From an uncultured bacterium (GTDB lineage Bacteria; Edwardsbacteria; AC1; EtOH8), in NCBI GenBank assembly GCA_963780225.1, contig CAWAAX010000016.1, positions 1-64,000 of the forward strand: DNA of 64,000 nucleotides, given 5' to 3'. Positions 59,941 through 64,000 of this stretch are shown here, piece by piece. The position numbers and the translations under genes were made by a program. Each line of letters starts with the position of its first letter. Positions within the stretch are counted from its first letter, which is position 1. A model generated the notes under the pieces. That model was not told the DNA's origin and did no database searches. It saw nothing but the letters and a program-made list of their open reading frames with translations.

Positions 59941-61266
59941 ATGATTTTAATTATTGGCATACTGGTTTTCGGATATTTAATTTCCAGCCTGCTGTCCGGA
60001 CTGAACCTGGCGCATCTCAAAGCCAGCATCAAGAATGGTCTGCCGCCTGAGGTCTCGTCGCTGTTTGATCCGCCAAAGATATCACAGATAGCCAAATATA
60101 CTGCGGACAAGACCAAACTGGAGTATTGGAGCGAGTTCGTTTCCACCGCAGTGGTGATAATTCTCTTTGCCGCCGGGATAGTGCCGCAGATAACGCTATG
60201 GGCCGATGCGCTTAAGGTCGCCCCGCTGCTGCAGGGCCTGGCGGTAATGCTTATTTTGATGCTGATAGGATATCTGTCAGGCATTCCGGCTTCGCTCTAT
60301 TCCGATTTTAAGCTGGAAAGGAAATACGGGTTTTCCACCATTACCATCAAGACCTGGCTGGGCGATCAGGTAAAGAGCCTGCTGGTCTCGGGCGTTTTGA
60401 TGGGCCTGCTGTTCTCCGGTTTCTACCTTTTCATCAACTGGCTGCAAACTTTGTGGTGGCTGGCGGCCTGGGGCCTGGTGGTGTCTTTTACCTTCTTAAT
60501 GATATTCCTGTCACCGGTGGTTTTGATGCCGCTATTCAACAAGTTCGTGCCGCTGGAAGACGAGGAGCTTAAGAACAAGATACTCGACATGGCCAGGAAG
60601 GCCGATTTCCCCCTGGCCGGGGTCTATCAGATGGATGCTTCCAAACGCAGCACCCATGACAACGCCTTCTTCACCGGGATGGGCAAGACCCGCCGGATCG
60701 TGTTCTACGATACCATGGTCAAGAACTACAGTCACCAGGAACTGCTGTCGGTGATGGGCCACGAGATCGGGCACTGGAAGATGAAACACATCTTCAAAAT
60801 GATCGCCGCGGTGTCATTGCTCTCCGGGGCGCTGTTGTTCGCCGCCTCGCGGATCCTGGCCCATCCCTGGATATACAACGCCATCGGCCTGGGAGAACTG
60901 TTCGGCAGGATGGGATTCAACGGTCCCTTGATAGGCGTGGCCCTTTATGTGGTGTCGATCCTGTTGGAACCATTGAATCTGCTGCTGTCACCGCTTATGA
61001 ACTGGCAGTCGCGCCGGTACGAGTATCAGTCCGACGCTTATTCCTTGAACCTCAATCCTTCTGCCAGGGACATGAAGGGGGCGTTGATAAAACTCAGCCA
61101 GAAGAACCTGAGCAATCTTTTCCCGCACCCGCTGTATGTCGTCTTTCATTATTCCCACCCGCCGTTGCTGGCCAGGCTAAAGGCCATAGATGACCTCACC
61201 CTTAATCCCTCTCCTAATGCTTTAGGAGAGGGGCAGGGGAGAGGTCCAAAACAGGATGTTAATTAA
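59941..61266 (+). CDS. M48 (Ste24-like) membrane metalloprotease
   Basis: Multiple TM; D.SKRS.H.NAFF.G, HEIGH, EY..D, HYSHPPL..R. Confidence 0.93.
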   Translation: MILIIGILVFGYLISSLLSGLNLAHLKASIKNGLPPEVSSLFDPPKISQIAKYTADKTKLEYWSEFVSTAVVIILFAAGIVPQITLWADALKVAPLLQGLAVMLILMLIGYLSGIPASLYSDFKLERKYGFSTITIKTWLGDQVKSLLVSGVLMGLLFSGFYLFINWLQTLWWLAAWGLVVSFTFLMIFLSPVVLMPLFNKFVPLEDEELKNKILDMARKADFPLAGVYQMDASKRSTHDNAFFTGMGKTRRIVFYDTMVKNYSHQELLSVMGHEIGHWKMKHIFKMIAAVSLLSGALLFAASRILAHPWIYNAIGLGELFGRMGFNGPLIGVALYVVSILLEPLNLLLSPLMNWQSRRYEYQSDAYSLNLNPSARDMKGALIKLSQKNLSNLFPHPLYVVFHYSHPPLLARLKAIDDLTLNPSPNALGEGQGRGPKQDVN

Positions 61267-61294
61267 TTACCATATTAATGAGGTTAGAAATACC

Positions 61295-62944
61295 ATGCCC
61301 CAAATAATCAAATCCCCCCACGGCACAAAGATCTCCTGCCAGGGATGGCAGCAGGAAGCCGCCATGCGGATGCTGATGAACAACCTGGACCCGGTGGTGG
61401 CCGAGAGGCCGGAGGACCTGATAGTCTATGGCGGCAACGGCCGGGCGGCCCGTAACTGGGACTGCTACCATGCCATCATCAAGTCGCTCAAGAAACTTAA
61501 GGAGGACGAGACCCTGCTGGTGCAGTCCGGCAAGCCGGTGGGGATTCTGCAGACTCATCCCCATTGCCCGCGGGTACTGATCGCCAACTCCAACCTGGTG
61601 CCGCACTGGGCCAATTGGGATTATTTCCGCAAGCTGGAGGCTTTGGGGCTGATCATGTACGGACAGATGACCGCCGGTAGCTGGATCTACATCGGCACCC
61701 AGGGAATTTTACAGGGCACTTATGAAACTTTCGGCGCTTTGGCCCAAAAGCATTTCGGCGGTTCTTTGAAAGGCAAGTGGGTTTTGACCGGCGGCATGGG
61801 CGGGATGTCCGGGGCCCAGCCCTTGTCCGTGACCATGAATGATGGCGTGATCCTTGACGTGGAAGTGGATCCTTCCCGTATCCAGAAGCGCTTGGACACC
61901 GGCTACTGCGATGTGATGGTGGACGACCTGGACAAGGCCTTGAAACTGGTCTTCGAATATGTAAAAAAAGGCGAAACGCTGTCCATCGGACTGGTGGGCA
62001 ATTGCGCCGAGGTGCTTCCCGAGCTGGTGCGCCGGGGCGTGATCCCCGATGTGGTCACCGACCAGACCTCGGCCCACGACGAGCTCAATGGCTATGTGCC
62101 TCATCGCATGACCCTGGCCCAGGCCAATGAACTGCGAAAGAATGATCCCGAAGGGTATAAGGCAAAATCCTACGAGGCCATGGCCATCCATATGCAGGCC
62201 ATGCTGGACATGCAGAAAGCCGGGGCCATTGCTTTTGACTACGGCAACAACATCCGGGGCCAGGCGGTCAAGCATGGCATTAAGAATGCCTTCGACGTGC
62301 CGGGCTTTGTGCCGGAATACATCCGCGACCTGTTCTGCGAGGGCAAGGGGCCGTTCCGCTGGGCGGCGCTGTCCGGAGATCCCAAGGACATTGCGGTGAC
62401 AGATGACGCGGTCTTAAAGCTGTTCCCCAAGAACCAGCACCTGGCTCGCTGGATAAAGATGGCGCAGAAGAAGGTCCATTTCCAAGGCCTGCCGGCCAGG
62501 ATCTGTTGGCTGGGATATGGCGAAAGAGACAAGGCCGGCCTGCTGTTTAACGACCTGGTGAAGAAGGGAAAGATCAAGGCCCCCATCGTCATCGGCCGGG
62601 ACCACCTGGACTGCGGCTCGGTGGCCTCGCCCAACCGCGAGACCGAGGCCATGAAGGACGGCAGTGACGCCATCGCCGACTGGCCATTGCTGAACGCCAT
62701 GGTCAACGTGGCTTCCGGGGCTTCGTGGGTTTCCATTCACCACGGCGGCGGGGTGGGGATAGGTTATTCCATCCACGCCGGGCAGGTGACGGTGGCTGAT
62801 GGGACCAAGGAGATGGCCAAGAGGATCGAGCGGGTGCTGACCAACGATCCGGGGATGGGCATTTTGCGCCATGTTGACGCGGGATATGATATTGCCAAGC
62901 AGGTGGCAAAGAAGAAAAAAGTAAAAATACCAATGATGAAATAA
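61295..62944 (+). CDS. hutU: Urocanate hydratase
   Basis: [57 protein letters not shown]. Confidence 0.98.
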   Translation: MPQIIKSPHGTKISCQGWQQEAAMRMLMNNLDPVVAERPEDLIVYGGNGRAARNWDCYHAIIKSLKKLKEDETLLVQSGKPVGILQTHPHCPRVLIANSNLVPHWANWDYFRKLEALGLIMYGQMTAGSWIYIGTQGILQGTYETFGALAQKHFGGSLKGKWVLTGGMGGMSGAQPLSVTMNDGVILDVEVDPSRIQKRLDTGYCDVMVDDLDKALKLVFEYVKKGETLSIGLVGNCAEVLPELVRRGVIPDVVTDQTSAHDELNGYVPHRMTLAQANELRKNDPEGYKAKSYEAMAIHMQAMLDMQKAGAIAFDYGNNIRGQAVKHGIKNAFDVPGFVPEYIRDLFCEGKGPFRWAALSGDPKDIAVTDDAVLKLFPKNQHLARWIKMAQKKVHFQGLPARICWLGYGERDKAGLLFNDLVKKGKIKAPIVIGRDHLDCGSVASPNRETEAMKDGSDAIADWPLLNAMVNVASGASWVSIHHGGGVGIGYSIHAGQVTVADGTKEMAKRIERVLTNDPGMGILRHVDAGYDIAKQVAKKKKVKIPMMK

Positions 62945-63006
62945 ATGAGCAGTTATCCAGATTTATATTGTAAGTATACACACTATATGAAAAGGAGGGG
63001 GTAAGA

Positions 63007-63879
63007 ATGAAATACAATGTTGGTTTGTATCTTGGCTTTTTGTTTATATTTATTATGGTTATGGGATGCGCCCCCGCTATCCATAACGCTGTCCGAAAAG
63101 GAGACATTATTAAAGTCCGACAATTAGTCGATGATGGTACTGATGTAAACAAATTGCATAACGGATACACACCATTGATAATTGCGGCGATGAATGGCAG
63201 AGACAACATGGTAGAGTATCTTGTAAAAAAGGGGGCGGATCCTAGAATTGCTCGAAAAGGTAAAACACCACGGATGATTGCACAAGCAAAAGGTTTTAAC
63301 CATGTAGCGCAGCTTCTCAATCTGGCTGAATATCAATGTTATGCCAAAGATATGAAATTGGATCCATCTTTTACCCCTATGCAAAAGGTCGTGGCAAGTA
63401 TAGAGACTAAAAATCAAGTTGAAATAATAACAAGAAGCGATTATAAAGTTACGCTGTCAGTAATGGATATTAACATTACAAGCGGGTTATCTCCAAATGA
63501 GGTTGTTATGCTAACAGATAAGCTGATGAACGAGTTCACTGCCAACGGTGTGTATAAAATTATCGAACGTTCCAAACGGGATGAAATACTAAGAGAACAG
63601 GGTTTTCAACAAAGTGGTGCTTGCGATCAAGGTCCCTGCTTGGTGGAAGCTGGACAGATGCTGGGCGTAGAGAAAATGGTGGGCGGAACAATAGGCGGAA
63701 TAGGAACAATTTATGGTGTGGAACTTCGTGTGATGGATGTTAGGACAGGGGCGATAGAGCAAGCCTTTTCTCGGCAGTACAGCGGTGATGTTTCCGCACT
63801 TTTGGAAGCTATGAAAGAAGCAGCGATGGAGTTTTCCGGTGTAACACTAGATAGTCAACAGCGTAAAGGTAGACGGTAA
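63007..63879 (+). CDS. Lipoprotein with ankyrin repeats and CsgG/HfaB-like domain (AT-rich)
   Basis: Lipobox VMGC; ankyrin 'GYTPLIIAA..G...MV.YLV.KGAD'; 'IERSKRDEILREQGF..SGAC'. Confidence 0.75.
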   Translation: MKYNVGLYLGFLFIFIMVMGCAPAIHNAVRKGDIIKVRQLVDDGTDVNKLHNGYTPLIIAAMNGRDNMVEYLVKKGADPRIARKGKTPRMIAQAKGFNHVAQLLNLAEYQCYAKDMKLDPSFTPMQKVVASIETKNQVEIITRSDYKVTLSVMDINITSGLSPNEVVMLTDKLMNEFTANGVYKIIERSKRDEILREQGFQQSGACDQGPCLVEAGQMLGVEKMVGGTIGGIGTIYGVELRVMDVRTGAIEQAFSRQYSGDVSALLEAMKEAAMEFSGVTLDSQQRKGRR

Positions 63880-63882
63880 TCA

Positions 63883-64000
63883 ATGCACCTCATCATCCAA
63901 CATATCGGCCAGCTGCTAACCCTTGCTGACCCAACGCTTCGACAAAGCTCAGCGCAGGCCCAGTCCCTCCCCGTTGCGGGGAGGGAGATAGGGAGGGGTC
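63883..64000 (+). CDS. hutI: Probable start of imidazolonepropionase (runs off the window)
   Basis: ATG 63883 gives MHLIIQHIGQLLTLA, a typical HutI N-terminus; downstream of hutU; frame stays open to the window edge. Confidence 0.55.
   Translation, partial: MHLIIQHIGQLLTLADPTLRQSSAQAQSLPVAGREIGRG

Overview
Bacterial chromosomal window (genetic code 11) in which every credible gene lies on the + strand. Gene content (Thermus-like V/A-ATPase, GWxTD proteins, M6 protease with a FlgD-Ig tail) suggests an uncultured diderm anaerobe such as Edwardsbacteria/TA06; this is an inference only. The housekeeping backbone is an ABC-2 exporter, mreBCD-mrdA-rodA-lgt, tRNA-Thr(CGT), glmM-glmS, uvrB, nadC-birA-coaX, RNase E/G, tRNA-Leu(GAG), a V/A-type ATPase operon (G-I-K-E-C-F-A-B-D) spread over about 21 kb, and histidine utilisation genes. 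These operons are repeatedly split by co-oriented cargo, and most gene junctions carry small palindromic or short-tandem elements. The most notable items are: (1) an uncharacterised four-gene membrane module (DUF6754-type) inside the ATPase operon; (2) a cassette between ATPase F and A, bounded by inverted copies of one palindrome, encoding a lipoprotein with two FGE/C-lectin domains whose ends look like DGR variable regions (no RT or template repeat in the window); (3) an attC-like site after an AT-rich methyltransferase; (4) an AT-rich HEPN-like plus membrane-anchored Mrr-like islet after glmS, followed by a 21-nt array; (5) palindromes inserted in frame in coding sequences; (6) a second ammonia-lyase with Ala-Cys-Gly at the MIO site. 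All family calls come from motif recognition by eye; no searches were run.
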